Both the position numbers and the translations under genes were made by a program. The notes under the pieces were generated by a model. That model saw nothing but the letters and a program-made list of their open reading frames with translations. It searched no databases and was not told where the DNA came from. From Octopus bimaculoides (Eukaryota), in NCBI RefSeq assembly GCF_001194135.2, contig NC_068989.1:34850417-34901207 (forward strand): DNA of 50,791 nucleotides, given 5' to 3'. Positions 24,933 through 37,562 of this stretch are shown here, in pieces (position 1 is the first letter of the stretch; each line of letters starts with the position of its first letter).

Positions 24933-26156
24933 TCATCATCATCATTGTTTAACGTCCGCTTTCCATGCTAGCATGGGTTAAACGATTTGACTGAGGACTG
25001 GCGAACCAGACAGCAGAGTTTCTACAGCTGGATGCCCTTCCTAACACCAACCACTCCGAGAGAGTAGCAGGTGCTTTTACGTGCCACCGGCACAAGGGCC
25101 AATCAGGTGGTACTGACAATGGCCACTCTCAAAATGGTGTTTTTTACATGCCACCTGCACAGGAGCCAGTCCAGCAGCACTGGCAATGACCTCATTTGAA
25201 TGTTTTTTCATGTGCCNNNNNNNNNNNNNNNNNNNNNNNNNNNNNNNNNNNNNNNNNNNNNNNNNNNNNNNNNNNNNNNNNNNNNNNNNNNNNNNNNNNN
25301 NNNNNNNNNNNNNNNNNNNNNNNNNNNNNNNNNNNNNNNNNNNNNNNNNNNNNNNNNNNNNNNNNNNNNNNNNNNNNNNNNNNNNNNNNNNNNNNNNNNN
25401 NNNNNNNNNNNNNNNNNNNNNNNNNNNNNNNNNNNNNNNNNNNNNNNNNNNNNNNNNNNNNNNNNNNNNNNNNNNNNNNNNNNNNNNNNNNNNNNNNNNN
25501 NNNNNNNNNNNNNNNNNNNNNNNNNNNNNNNNNNNNNNNNNNNNNNNNNNNNNNNNNNNNNNNNNNNNNNNNNNNNNNNNNNNNNNNNNNNNNNNNNNNN
25601 NNNNNNNNNNNNNNNNNNNNNNNNNNNNNNNNNNNNNGTGTCCAATGAAGTAAAGGTACGAATAAGTGGGCTGGCTACACCTCTGGCAGAGGCCACGGAT
25701 TATTGTCTCACTTGGCTTGCTGGGTCTTCTCAAGCACAGCATATTTCCAAAGGACTTGGTCACTAGTCATTGTCTCGGTGAGGCCTAATGTTCGAAGGTC
25801 ATGCTTCACCACCTCATCCAGGTCTTCCTGGCTCTACCTCTTCCACAGGTTCCCTCAACCGCAAAGGTGTGGCACTTTTTCACGCAGCTATCCTCATCCA
25901 TTCTCGCCACATGACCATACCAGCGCAATTGTCTCTCTTGCACACCACAACTGATGCTTCTTAGGTTCAACTTTTCTCTCAAGGTACTTACACTCTGTCG
26001 AGTATGCACACTGACATTACACATCCATTGGAGCATACTGGCTTCATTTCTTGCAAGCTTATGCATGTCCTCAGCAGTCATGGCCCATGTTTCACTGCCA
26101 TGTAGCATGGCTGTTCGTACACATGCTTCATACAGTCTGCCTTTTACTCTGAGCAA
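24933..26156 (-). mobile_element. 5'-truncated RTE LINE (ORF C-terminus and 3' UTR) spanning a gap
   Basis: ORF 25806-26156 KGRLYEACVRTAMLHGSETW...LRWYGHVARM...GRGRARKTW; (atc)n tail at 24933. Confidence 0.9.
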
Positions 26157-26369
26157 GTATGTTTATGAATAATCTTCACTACAAATGAAAGTCACATAAT
26201 TCGACAATTTTCTCAGAGCTGGTTGATGCAATTTATTGAGAATATATGGGAAAACATTGTGATTTGGCTTAGCAGAAAACATCAAAAATTATAAGATCAG
26301 TCACTTCTAACATTTTGCCATTCTTTATTTTACATTTATGGGATTCATCAAATGTTAATTAGTGTTTAA

Positions 26370-26576
26370 CCCTTTCTGTACCAACCTGCCTCAGACCATC
26401 ACTGTTTCTGATACAAACTTCCTATTCTAAAGTGATCTAAATTGACACCTTTCATCGAAATTTCATGTTAATTTATATCCCAGCTTAATAATGACAGTTA
26501 TTTTACTAAATTCTTTATTAGTTGAAATGAATTGAAACAAAAGCAATGTCTTTCCACACACATGATAACAAAAGGG
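26370..26576. mobile_element. piggyBac-like MITE; partial second copy at about 27915-28129
   Basis: TTAA|CCCTTT...AAAGGG|TTAA with TTAA at 26366-26369 and 26577-26580; the internal sequence recurs at 27940-28129. Confidence 0.75.
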
Positions 26577-27470
26577 TTAATGAAGGTAAAGCATTGAGGC
26601 AAGTGTGGGCATCTATGTAAGCACTTACCAATTGCAGTTGCTTCTTTCTCTGCAGAAGAATAAGGGACTTTAAGAAGGAGCATCAGAAGATGCTCTCCCT
26701 GTCAGATAGTTACACCTAGAGCAGTGATAACTTGATCTCAACTAAGGATGGAGTTGTCAATAGCTTGGAGACAAGCATTTTCTATCATCATCATCATCAT
26801 CGTTTAACGTCCGCTTTCCATGCTAGCATGGGTTGGACGATTTCTATGTGAACTTTAATATTTTTGAAAGCAGTAACTACTTTTTGGAATAGGAAACATG
26901 GTACATTTCATTCAGGTCTTTTATTTTATCAGAAAAATGTACCAATCATTTTCTGTAATAAACTAGCAACCTGTAATTATCTTTCATTTTTCATTTTAGA
27001 AGTAGGAACTTTAAGGTATTTAAGATGAACTAACCTATTAGGATCAGGTCTTGTTTTGCGATTTTAATATAATAATCAAATAAATTGTTGCTTGTTTTAC
27101 TAAAAATGCATATTTTACTAAAATATGTTATATTGAGATCTGTTACACCCTAACAGATATTATTGTCATCATCACCATTTTTTAATGTCTATCTTCCACA
27201 TTGGTTTGGGATGACTGGTCTAACATGTCCAAGGACTGCATTGTGTTCCACTGTCTGTTTTAGCTTGGTTTCTATTGTTGGTTACCCTTCCTAACACCAA
27301 CCACTTTACTGACAGTACTGGGTGCTTTGTCCATAGCACTAGCTCTAGTGATATCTCCATGCTGGTTACAAGACTTTGACTGAATGAGGCTACAGTAGCG
27401 AGGTGGGTGTCTCTGGTCTTCAGTGGAGTTACTGTGTACAATAATAACATTTAAATAAGATTAGGTAGAT

Positions 27471-27662
27471 TCAAAATTCTGCAAAATAATCTTGTTCATC
27501 ACTCGTCACAGCATTCATTAATAGAGATAGAAGCTCTGTATAATGCTGCAATTTTATGACTTTAATTGTCAGTGGGTGGTTGTTGATAATAAGTTTCTTA
27601 CCAAGTTTGCTAAAATACCAATTTTGATATATAGTTTTTCTTAACTCATCAATGACAGGCAC
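27471..27662 (-). mobile_element. Possible hAT transposase C-terminal (dimerisation) remnant
   Basis: YFSKLGKKLIINNH...DYFAEF loosely resembles the ERSFSKLKLIKN...IIDEFA motif. Confidence 0.3.
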
Positions 27663-28984
27663 TAGAATAAGTGTTGAAGTGATTCTGAAATCAGTGACAC
27701 AGTACCATTTGTGATTTTCTTTTGTTACAACAGCCTTAGACCTCTATGGTCAGTTACTTGGTTCTATGACACCTTTGATAAGGTAGCTTATGTCTTACAG
27801 TTGTCCACAGAATACCTTCACGTCAATGCAGTAATAAAGGGAGTAACAGGTGGAATCTTCAGGCAAGCAAAATTGAATAACACTAGAGCTGTTCAAGGGC
27901 CATTGCCTCTTTTGATATCAAACTGCCCAAGGTTGCCATGGTACTATGATACAAACTTCCTGCTTTAAAATCATCTAAATTAAAACTTTTCATCAAAATT
28001 TCATATTAAATTATATTTCAAATACTGGCTTAATATTGACTGTTATTTCACTAAATTCTTCATTATCTTCAAAATTGATTGAAATAAAAGTAGTGTATTT
28101 CAACAAAAGTATAGTAACAAAGGAGTTAAGCTTAAATACCACTTAAGAATGCTGAAATCTGAAATTTTATACTTGTATTATGTCCAAATAGAGATAACTT
28201 TGCTTAACTAATAGTGTGGCTGTTGTTTGCACACCTTTCCAGTATACCAAATGTCATCATTGTATATTCCTATATTCAGGAAACTAAGCTGTGTTGACTT
28301 AGCCAGTACAACATTACCTCTGAATAGTTTTATGAGTAAACCTTTTGCCGAGGGGTATTGGATGAGATAAAATGGTCAGTGCTTTCACTGTCTACTAAAA
28401 TTTTCATTGATCTATGGTTAATTACAATATTAACAAGTGTATAAGACAAAAGATGTTTTAATGAAGCTGATAAACTTTAAGTTGTTTTATTATATGTGTT
28501 ACTTAACCTTGTGATATCATCACATGGTATCTCTTGATAGATATTTGTGTAGTCGTGGATGTATTCCCACTTTCCCAAAAAGTTATTTCTAAGAAATAGC
28601 TGTTGAAATAACTTCCTGCTCAGTGACCTCCTGTAACAGTAGTAATAGTATTGGTGGTAGGAGAAGTAGTAATATTTATGAGGATATCCTGGTTACAAAA
28701 GCTAGCTTTCTTTTGGCCTGTGTCTAATGCTTTGGTTTGTGGGACTGTTGCTTCTAACTCAGCATTTCATTTTCCGGTTGTCTGAATCCTAAGCTAGTTG
28801 AGATTATTCCAGAAATAAAAGTAATCTCTTTCAAATTTTTCATATACAGTTAAGTTAACACTGCCTTGAAGTTGCATCCTTTAGCCAAGAGTTTTAAGAC
28901 TTGGAATAACTGATCCAAGGATTACCTTGGGTGGTTGTGACTGATGAGATGATGTCCCACATGAACCTTAGTCATTAGTTTAAT

Positions 28985-29442
28985 CATCATTATCATCATC
29001 ATCATTATCATCATCATCATTATTTCCATACTCACTTTTCCACACTTCCATGGATCAAACAAAATTCATTGAGGTAGATTTTCAATGGCCAGATGCTCTC
29101 TTTGTTGCCTAGCTTCACTTGTTACCAAGTAAGGTAATTGTTCCTCATGGCCAGACATATTTTCATAGAAGTTTAGAAATGAAGAACACTTGTTTGTCAG
29201 TGGCATTCATTTACAGCTACCACACGATATGAAGACAAGTAGATATCAACACACACACACACACACACACATGCATGCACACATGCACATGCACATATAT
29301 ATACAAAACGGGCTTCCTTGAGTTTCTGTCTACCAAATCCACTTGTAGGTCTAGAAAACACTTTCCCAAGGTGCCATGCAGTGAGACTTAACCCAAAGCC
29401 ATGAGGTTACGACACAAATGTCTCAACCACTCAGCCATTCCT
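28985..29442 (-). mobile_element. Full-length degenerate SINE with RTE-type tail
   Basis: Reverse-complement counterpart of 48820-49246. Confidence 0.7.
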
Positions 29443-31269
29443 GTTTATATAATGTACATATTAAGTATTTTATGGCATAGCTCTAGTGGTCACAATGTGT
29501 TGTTCCATTTTAAGGTAGTATTTAGATTTAGCTGCTATTTCTAGCAAATTGAGTAGTTTTGTAGATGCACTCTCATTGGCTTATGAACAATTAGTAGATA
29601 ACGAAGTAACTCAATTATAGAACATATTTGATGAGCCAAAATAGAGTTTCAAATTTAAAACACAAGGCACCAAACATATGGTACCATTAAAACACATTTT
29701 TTGGCTGTTAACAGTTTGTCTCAATCCTATATCCTTATACTCAAGCACACACACACACTGTACATGTTGTATGCATGTATATATGCCTGTTTGTATGTAT
29801 AAGCACTCAGATGTGTATGCTTATATATAGATTTTATGTTCCCTGCATGTGTGTAGTTTGACCTAATACTTCTGCTGTTAAGAAAATCTACCAGACTCTA
29901 CATCTGTAATTTATTTCTTGGTCAGCATTATTTTATACTAACTTGATGACCATGCAAAATTTCGAAGCATCCACTTAAACAAAAATGTTGTTTCCTTCCT
30001 CCTCCCATTCACTCTTTCTCTTTCTGTCTCCTTTCTCTATTTATATATTTAGCTGCTTAGTTTTCTCATTGAAACATTTATACCATTCTTTTATCAGCAG
30101 AAATGATCTTACTGACTTTCTTCATCAGTAAGCAGGTTAGCAATTGCAAAAATGCTTATGAGATATTATTTCTCACTGTTAAAGCACTAACTTTGAGATT
30201 TCCCATCTAATTCTGTTTGTCTGTTTAATCATCATAGAGCAGCTGTACTGATATCTACAGTGGTACCATTGAAATTGAACAGGGACAAGGGAGCTTCTAC
30301 ATTGTTGCTCAAGCTGCTAGAAATAGGAGTTAAGTCTTCCTCAAATCACAAATTAACTCTTAAAAAGAGAACACATTGAACTATATAATATTTGAATAAA
30401 CAAAAAGGAATGTCTTTCTTCTAGGATTTGCTCAATTAGGGCTGACCTGGGGCTAAACAATAATAGGGAGACTGCTGCATGACTGCTCAAACTGCAAGAT
30501 TAGCCAAATCTTAAAAAGCAAAATATACATTTAGTAATGTATTTGTAGATTCACCATGCCTGAAATATACAGGATGACCACATCTGGAATACTTTTGATA
30601 AGACTGATTTGAGGTTAAACAACAACAACAGGTGTATCAATACTTAGTCAATGTCTACTGGCTGTATTTATCTCGTTGTGTTATATCCTGATAATGCCGT
30701 TCCCCAGTTGACACAGCAAACCGCTGACAACCTCTGTAGATGTTACATAAGCTTCAGTAGAAGCTTATGTAACATCTATAATTGATGCCTAGATTAAATT
30801 TTTCTGCTAAACCATTACATGTTGTGTTTTTGCAAGACAGACATCTGTGAAGAATATTAATTTTATTTGCTAAATTAATTTCTGAGATGTGAGATTACTG
30901 AATATTTTATTCAGTTTCAGCTTATTTGTAGTGTTCTGTACTTCTTTAAAAATATCCTGACACCCACTTAACTATATTTTATCTGGCAGATTTGGCATCC
31001 CAGTAGTATTAAATTTCTAAATAATATTTAAAAAAATTTTTTCACTATAAAAAAAAGAACAACATTCTGTACACAATTTCTTTATTCTTCCTTTTCAGCA
31101 AGATTCAGTGAGTTTATATATTGCCGAAACAAATCTACAGTTCTGTTATGTATTAGTCAGATAAGGATGGGGAAATCTAATAGCAGTCATTGCTTTCTAA
31201 TATTTGTTTACTCATTACATATTTTACTTTATATTGTTAATGCTCTATGCATCCAATATGCTACAAATG

Positions 31270-31390
31270 CTGTTGAGGTTAACTTTGTCTTTCATCCTTT
31301 CAGGTCAATAAAATAATATACCAGTCAAGTACTGGAGGTTTATTAACCAAATTGCTCCCCTCCCCTCAAAATTTCTGCCTTGTGCCAAAA
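31270..31390 (+). mobile_element. Second SINE family core (ctttcatcctttc..gtc.ataaaataa.tacc); better copy at 49270-49440
   Basis: Two homologous copies; the core resembles the Meta-type SINE domain as recalled from memory. Confidence 0.55.
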
Positions 31391-32364
31391 ATTAAAAAGA
31401 GTTATTTCTTTATTCTTTGTTGAGTTATAAATAGAATTTAAATTTTTGAAAACCTATTTTAAAGCATATCATTTCAGGTTTAGATTTTACACCTTTTATA
31501 TTTTGTATCAAAATTTGAGGGCAAACTTCAACATTTGATGACTTCATAAATGATATTGAATTTAATAGAAATAGTTCAATTGGCTAGGAACTTTAAGAAA
31601 TAGCCATTTTAGATATCTTCCCCCAATTCTATAAATTGTAAAGTCTAATCATCATCATCAACATAATCATCACCATCATCATGAGAAAGCATGATTCAGA
31701 GTAAAACAAGAAGTTTGTATAGATTAGAAAAGTTAGAAAATACAGCTACCATTTTGATGATATTTTAAAATTTATTCCTGGTCTAACCACCTAACCACAT
31801 AATATCTTGTAGATGATTGATACATTATATGATTTTCTGTAAATAATAAATTAAAGTATTTTTTTGTTTTCTAACGAGAAGATGTATCTCGATCTATTTG
31901 AAAATAATGACATCTCCAAGAAGAATAATTTGCAAATAGTCTGAAGTTGTAAATTTTTACACTGCCAATAGATTCTTGAAAATGAATTTATAAAAAACAA
32001 AAATGTAATTCTTGTTATTTTTGGATGCTATTAAAGTAACCTAGCATTTTTATTGTAACTATAGCTTCAGTTAATGACAGCTGACAGTAGGGATTACGAC
32101 AGTATTCAGGAAATTAAACATTTGATAGCATGAATTCATTTGAATGTTTTATTAGGAACTCATTGATAATTAGTTGTATTGGTCATCAGCTACACACAGA
32201 GTGGAGTTTGTTTTCACTGTCTACTCTAGCTGACATATTTGGATCACAAGAAGGCCAGCAAAGCTTATTGAAATACTTTCACTTAGATAGAGATCTGACC
32301 ACAACATAAAGTGAGAAAGTTGATAACTATATTGTTTTCTTATTTATTATTTTTTAATAGGTAA

Positions 32365-32525
32365 AGGTATGATTGGTTAAGAACCTCACTTTACAACTGT
32401 GTGGTTTAGGGTTCAGTCCTGTTGCATGGCACCTTGGGCAAGTATCTTATGCTATAGCCCCAGACCAACCACTGCCGTGTGAGAGAATTTGGTAGACAGA
32501 AACAGTGTGGAAAACCATTGTGTGT
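32365..32525 (+). mobile_element. SINE 5' half
   Basis: gggttcagtcctgttgcatggcaccttgggcaagtatc core. Confidence 0.7.
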
Positions 32526-32751
32526 GTGTGTGTGTCTTTTTCGTCCATTTCCCTTGCTTTCAGCCCGTGTCTATGTGATAAATAATTTTAGTCATTTGAC
32601 ATTTAGCATGTAGCTCTACCATGTAGTTTGCCCCTATTATGATTATTATAAAAAATTATATACTCTGTATTAATTTATACCCAAAAGGTTTTACATGCTA
32701 GCTACTTGATAAAATCCTATATAGATTTTATCCTTGATTATAATAATAATG

Positions 32752-32783
<32 letters not shown>

Positions 32784-33964
32784 TTTTGCCCTTCTGTTCA
32801 TGATGGGACATGGTTATCTCTTCCTACACTTGATAGCCTCACTGATAGCAAAACTTGATTCATGTTATGGCCTTACTTTCTTTGTCTTCTCTTACTTTCT
32901 CTTCCTCTCCTTCTTTCTTTACCTTCTTCCTCACTACTGTGACACAACAAACAATGCAGGGAATTATTTCTGAAAGAATCAATTATTGATTGACCCTATT
33001 TTGAGCCTGGCTTATCAACATTTTGCTAAGACATGTTTGTTTATTATTATTATTATTATTATTTGTAAATTAATCTTCTTATTGTCTATGACCTTCTGCT
33101 TTTTTTTTTTAAGTTGTCTCCTTTCTAGCAAATATTAGCTTATTAACACCCATTAAGCACTGATGTAACTTAAACTATACTAATGTTAGTGCTTGTTATT
33201 ATTATTATCATTTTCATTATCATCTTTCAATTCTGTTCCCATTTCTTGCCAAGTGTCTTCTTGACACGTAGAGAAATGCACTGTATACATTGGTAGGCCA
33301 TTCAAATAAACACACCAGATTGTTCATTTATAAACTCATGTGATAGAGAACAAGGGGAAGACAGTGAGAAAAAGGAAAAAATAAAAAAGTAAACAATTAT
33401 TATTATTATTGATAATAATAATAATAATTATTAGTATTATTTTCTCAAAATCGCTCAATGTCCACATCAAAAGTCAACCAATCAATAATTTACTTATCTC
33501 ATGCAATTGCTTGATCTCTCCTAATCAGAGGTGTTAATCATTGGTAGATTAGTTATGTTTGAGGGTAATATCTATTTCTCCTTCAGGAGTTTATAGAAGA
33601 ATTGAAGCTAAAAACAGTGTAATGAACTAACAAATCTCTTTACAAACCAACAATCAATATTCCTTGTGAACTAACCAACTGACACCTTCTGACTTCACTG
33701 TGAACTAACACGAACTTCTCTGAACTCTGAACCTTTGAACTCAGATTGTTACTATCTATACTTTACTTGGACCAGTCCATCTCTCACAAGGAGGCATTGT
33801 AACTCTCATCACATCTCTCCTTTTGAGATTTTGACTACTGTGAGAAAGTGGAATTTCTTTAATTCTTTCCTCTTTCCAGCACCTTTCCTTTTCTTTTTTA
33901 ACTGTTGTGTCTTAATTGCCCAACTTTTAAGGTAGTATTATTCATTGCACACACCACTTTTTCT

Positions 33965-34246
33965 TTCTGTTTTACTGAGCACACACCACTTTTTCAAGCA
34001 CCTTGATGGTTTCCTGCAAGAGAAGGAGTTCAAAAATCAAACCGATGCTGAAAGTGCATTCAAAGAGTTCATCAGTTCCAGAAATCCAGATTTTTATGTT
34101 AACAGAATAAACAAACATGTAACTCGTTGGCAAAAATGTGTTGATTGTAATGGTACTTATTTTGATGAATAGAATTTCTGCATTGGTGAAATATATTGTG
34201 ATGAATTTCATGTTTCAAAATGTAGCTTACTTTTTACTCAGCCTGA
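33965..34246 (+). mobile_element. Mariner 3' fragment
   Basis: HHFFKHLDGFLQEKEF...FKEFISSRNPDFY...RWQKCVDCNGTYFDE plus a terminal TIR-like sequence. Confidence 0.85.
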
Positions 34247-34265
34247 TACATCTGTGTATCTCTGG

Positions 34266-35900
34266 CTACTTTATATAGCCATCCACAACGATTAGATAGT
34301 ATGTACCATTCACTGGTCCAGTGTAAATATGTATCCTGGACCATGGGCACTCAGTCTCTGGCCATGATTGGTATTTTACTGTTCGTGTTTTGGTTGCCAA
34401 CACGCTACCTCTACATGCTTTCATCAATTTCTTATTTCTTAATGTCCCTGTCCATAGTTGATCAGTATACAAAGCTCTTCATTAAAGCATTCATTCTAGA
34501 CATCCCTGGGTGCCCACAGTGGAATTGATGCAACACTTATTTCTGTGGTGCATTTGGTACTACTACTCTCTGTGCATACATTGAGACATCATTGCATAGT
34601 GAGAAATTATTTGAATTTATATTTCTTTTATTCTTATTTTTCAATGTTTCTTTCATTCTTGTAATGTAACTATCCTCTACGGATTTCATTTTTATACTAT
34701 GTGCTGTTTTTATATCATGCTGTCACTAGCAGTTCCTAGATTACATTACACACAATACTTCTTACTTCATTTTCTGACTGCAATAACATTATCACGGTCT
34801 CTTCTAGCAGTTCCATGCTCTTGGGAATTAACCTCAATAAGCAGTTTGCATGGCCAATTTTCTTCGATGGAATATACTGTGTCTTAAAATTGTAGTTCAG
34901 CAATATTGTACTCCAACATTGTAGTCGGCTTGCTGTATGGGTAGGCAATCCATTCTTTGATCCAAAAATTGACAGTAATGGTCTATGGTCAGTTTGTAAG
35001 AAAAACTTCTACTACATAGAAATTTGTGAAATTTTTTTACCACAAAAATAATCGATAGAGCCTCCTTTTTTATCTGACTATACTTTTTTTCTGCTGCTAC
35101 CAGCAAACATGAAGTATGAACTACTGGCTTCATATTTCCATCTTTATTCTTGTGTAGCAAAACTGCTCCTATTCCATATTCTGAAGCATCAGACGCTACA
35201 ATAATGTCCATTCTAGGATCGAAATGTGCTAGTTACAAGTCAGAAATTAGTATTTTCTTTATGTCTTCAAATATGTTTTGGCACTTTACTGATCAATTCC
35301 ATTTTACTTCTTTTTTAGTAAATCATTTAATGGTGCTCTCAATTTATGTATATTTGGAATGTACTGTTGATAGTAATTTACTAGGCTAAGGAAAGTTTGT
35401 AATGTTATACTTGTTGGAGGAGGTATCTTCTTGACTGCGCTGCCCTCAATGGGTCAGGACGTCTTCTATTCTTATCTGATTTGATTTTAGGCGAAAAAAT
35501 TCACAATTCTCTTCACTGAGTGTGAAACCATAATCCTTAATTTTTTTAAAGACATACTTCACATGTTTGATATGCTCACTCCGGGCAAGGGGGCATCATG
35601 ACTCTCATCACAACAGATTAGTAAACTAGCACTTTAACATTACTTCATATTACATATTTCATACCTCAAAATTCCGAAAATTTCAGTGGGTCTATCCATT
35701 GTTCATTGCATCTCAGATATATCTAAAATACATGTGGTGGAGATGATAGTAAGTAGTAGTCCTTGTAGAAAGCATCTCTGGGCTGTGATGGTTTGAACTG
35801 TGTTTGAATACAGTCCACTTGGCTAGGAAATATAAACAATCAGCATCTTAAAAACTCCATGATTATTCAGTCAGTTCAAGGTCTCTAAATTATGTTGACC
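34266..35900 (-). mobile_element. Degenerate, internally deleted Ty3/Gypsy pol remnant (RT end, RNase H, integrase)
   Basis: IIVASDASEYGIGAVL...YSQIKKEALSIIFVVKKFHKFL (RNase H); PWSRIHI..GPVNGTYYLIVVD (integrase). Confidence 0.85.
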
Positions 35901-36287
35901 TACTTTGTATGCAACATTCCAAGTTGGTAAACTGAAAAAAGTAATGTGTCATTGTAAATATGATACAATACACTATTCATAACTCATAAATTAAGTGTAT
36001 GGTATTCTATCTATTTGGTCATTACAATTAAATAGTAGAACTCTTGATGTAAGGGTGTGTCCATGAATGAATATGGGTGTGTGCATGTAAATATACATAT
36101 GTACATACATATATATACACACACCTTCATTGTCAGATAAAACATATCACACCCTGCTTCTCCTTTTTCTAATAAAGCATAACAAAATTTTTCTCTTTAT
36201 ATTGTCATGGATCATGGCATACAATTAAATCTTTCAGGATAAAGTAGTAAAGAGATTTTGATTTGTTTTTTTAATGGTTTACAGCTC

Positions 36288-37060
36288 ACAAGGTGCATTC
36301 CAGAATTTTGAGACTTTTTCAGGAGAGACATTAAGTTCAGAGACATTTATTAAGTTCAAATTGCTTTTAAAGAAGGATTCTATGACCTCAATGCACTTGT
36401 TATAGTACTCCATCCACTTTGTGAATATCCCATGGAAGTCCTCCAAAGTGAAGGTGTCCAGGACCCTCGTCACAGCCTCCTTCATTTCCTCAATGTCTTC
36501 AAAATGACTGCTGCTGAGGTTCTCCTTCAGCTTAGGGAACAACCAAAAGTCGAATGGGACTGTAAGGAGAGTGAGGGACAGTTTTGATGTCCATCTTTGT
36601 CAAATAGTTTATTACCAGGATGGAACTGTGGCCTGATGCACTGTCCTGGTAGAGGTATCAATGATTCAAGTGGAAGAGCTCTGGCCTTTTGTGACAAAAT
36701 CTCTGTATGAAAACCTTCACAATGTACTCTTTGTTGACTATCTGACTAGTGGGAACTCAGTAGATGTAGATGATGCTCTTGTTGTTGAAAAAAGGTATCA
36801 TCATGAGCTTCTGGGTGGACTTGCTTTGCCTGGCCTCTCATGCCAGCAAAATCAGATGTCCAGCTTATACAGGTTAATCCATAAACAGTGTGGAGCATTT
36901 CATAAATTTCTGTCGTATTTTTGCCCAGTTTAACATAGAACTTTATTGCATTGTGAGCTTTCAAATAGTTTTCACGTTCTGACTGCATTGCGACAAGTAG
37001 TGTCAGCTGTGACAAGTAGTGTCTAATAATAGGTGTTCAAAGTGCTGTTACAGCCATCTC
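36288..37060 (-). mobile_element. Internally deleted mariner transposon
   Basis: N-terminal NAIKFYVKLGKNTTEIYEML and C-terminal FPKLKENL..HFEDIEEMKEAVTRVL...KWMEYYNKCIE. Confidence 0.85.
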
Positions 37061-37562
37061 CTTCAAGCTGGAATAACAAAAGTTGGCAGGTCAGCATATT
37101 AGATGTATAGAAATAATATACTAAAATTATGATAACCTCGAACAGTTATAACTGCCTCTCCTAAAAAAATCTCAAAACTTATGGAATGCACCTTGTATCT
37201 ATACTGATGTATATTTATATTGTGTTTATATTTATTATGGAGATCTGTAGCCATGGGAATTACTGCTGGACAGTGTGATTGATAGATCATTTATTAAAGA
37301 TAGTCTTGTGTAATATCTGAGAAAACAATAACTTTCCTGTGGTTGGTCAGACTGATTGTAATTAATGTATACTATCTCAAGGTTCTTTTTAGAACATATA
37401 TCTACAGACACATCTGGACTAATCATTATATATTAGCCTTGATCTGACAGACCTTATGATGTATGATCAAAAGGACTATCCTATATTTTTAGGAGTATCT
37501 AGAACTACAGGACTACTTTTTATTTTGTCTTTTTCTTTTCTTTTTTTTAAAGATGGTAAGAT

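Noticed and set aside
30685-30730. Possible third hammerhead (ctgataa...gcaaacc)
   Set aside because: Both core boxes are mutated and no stems I or III can be drawn.
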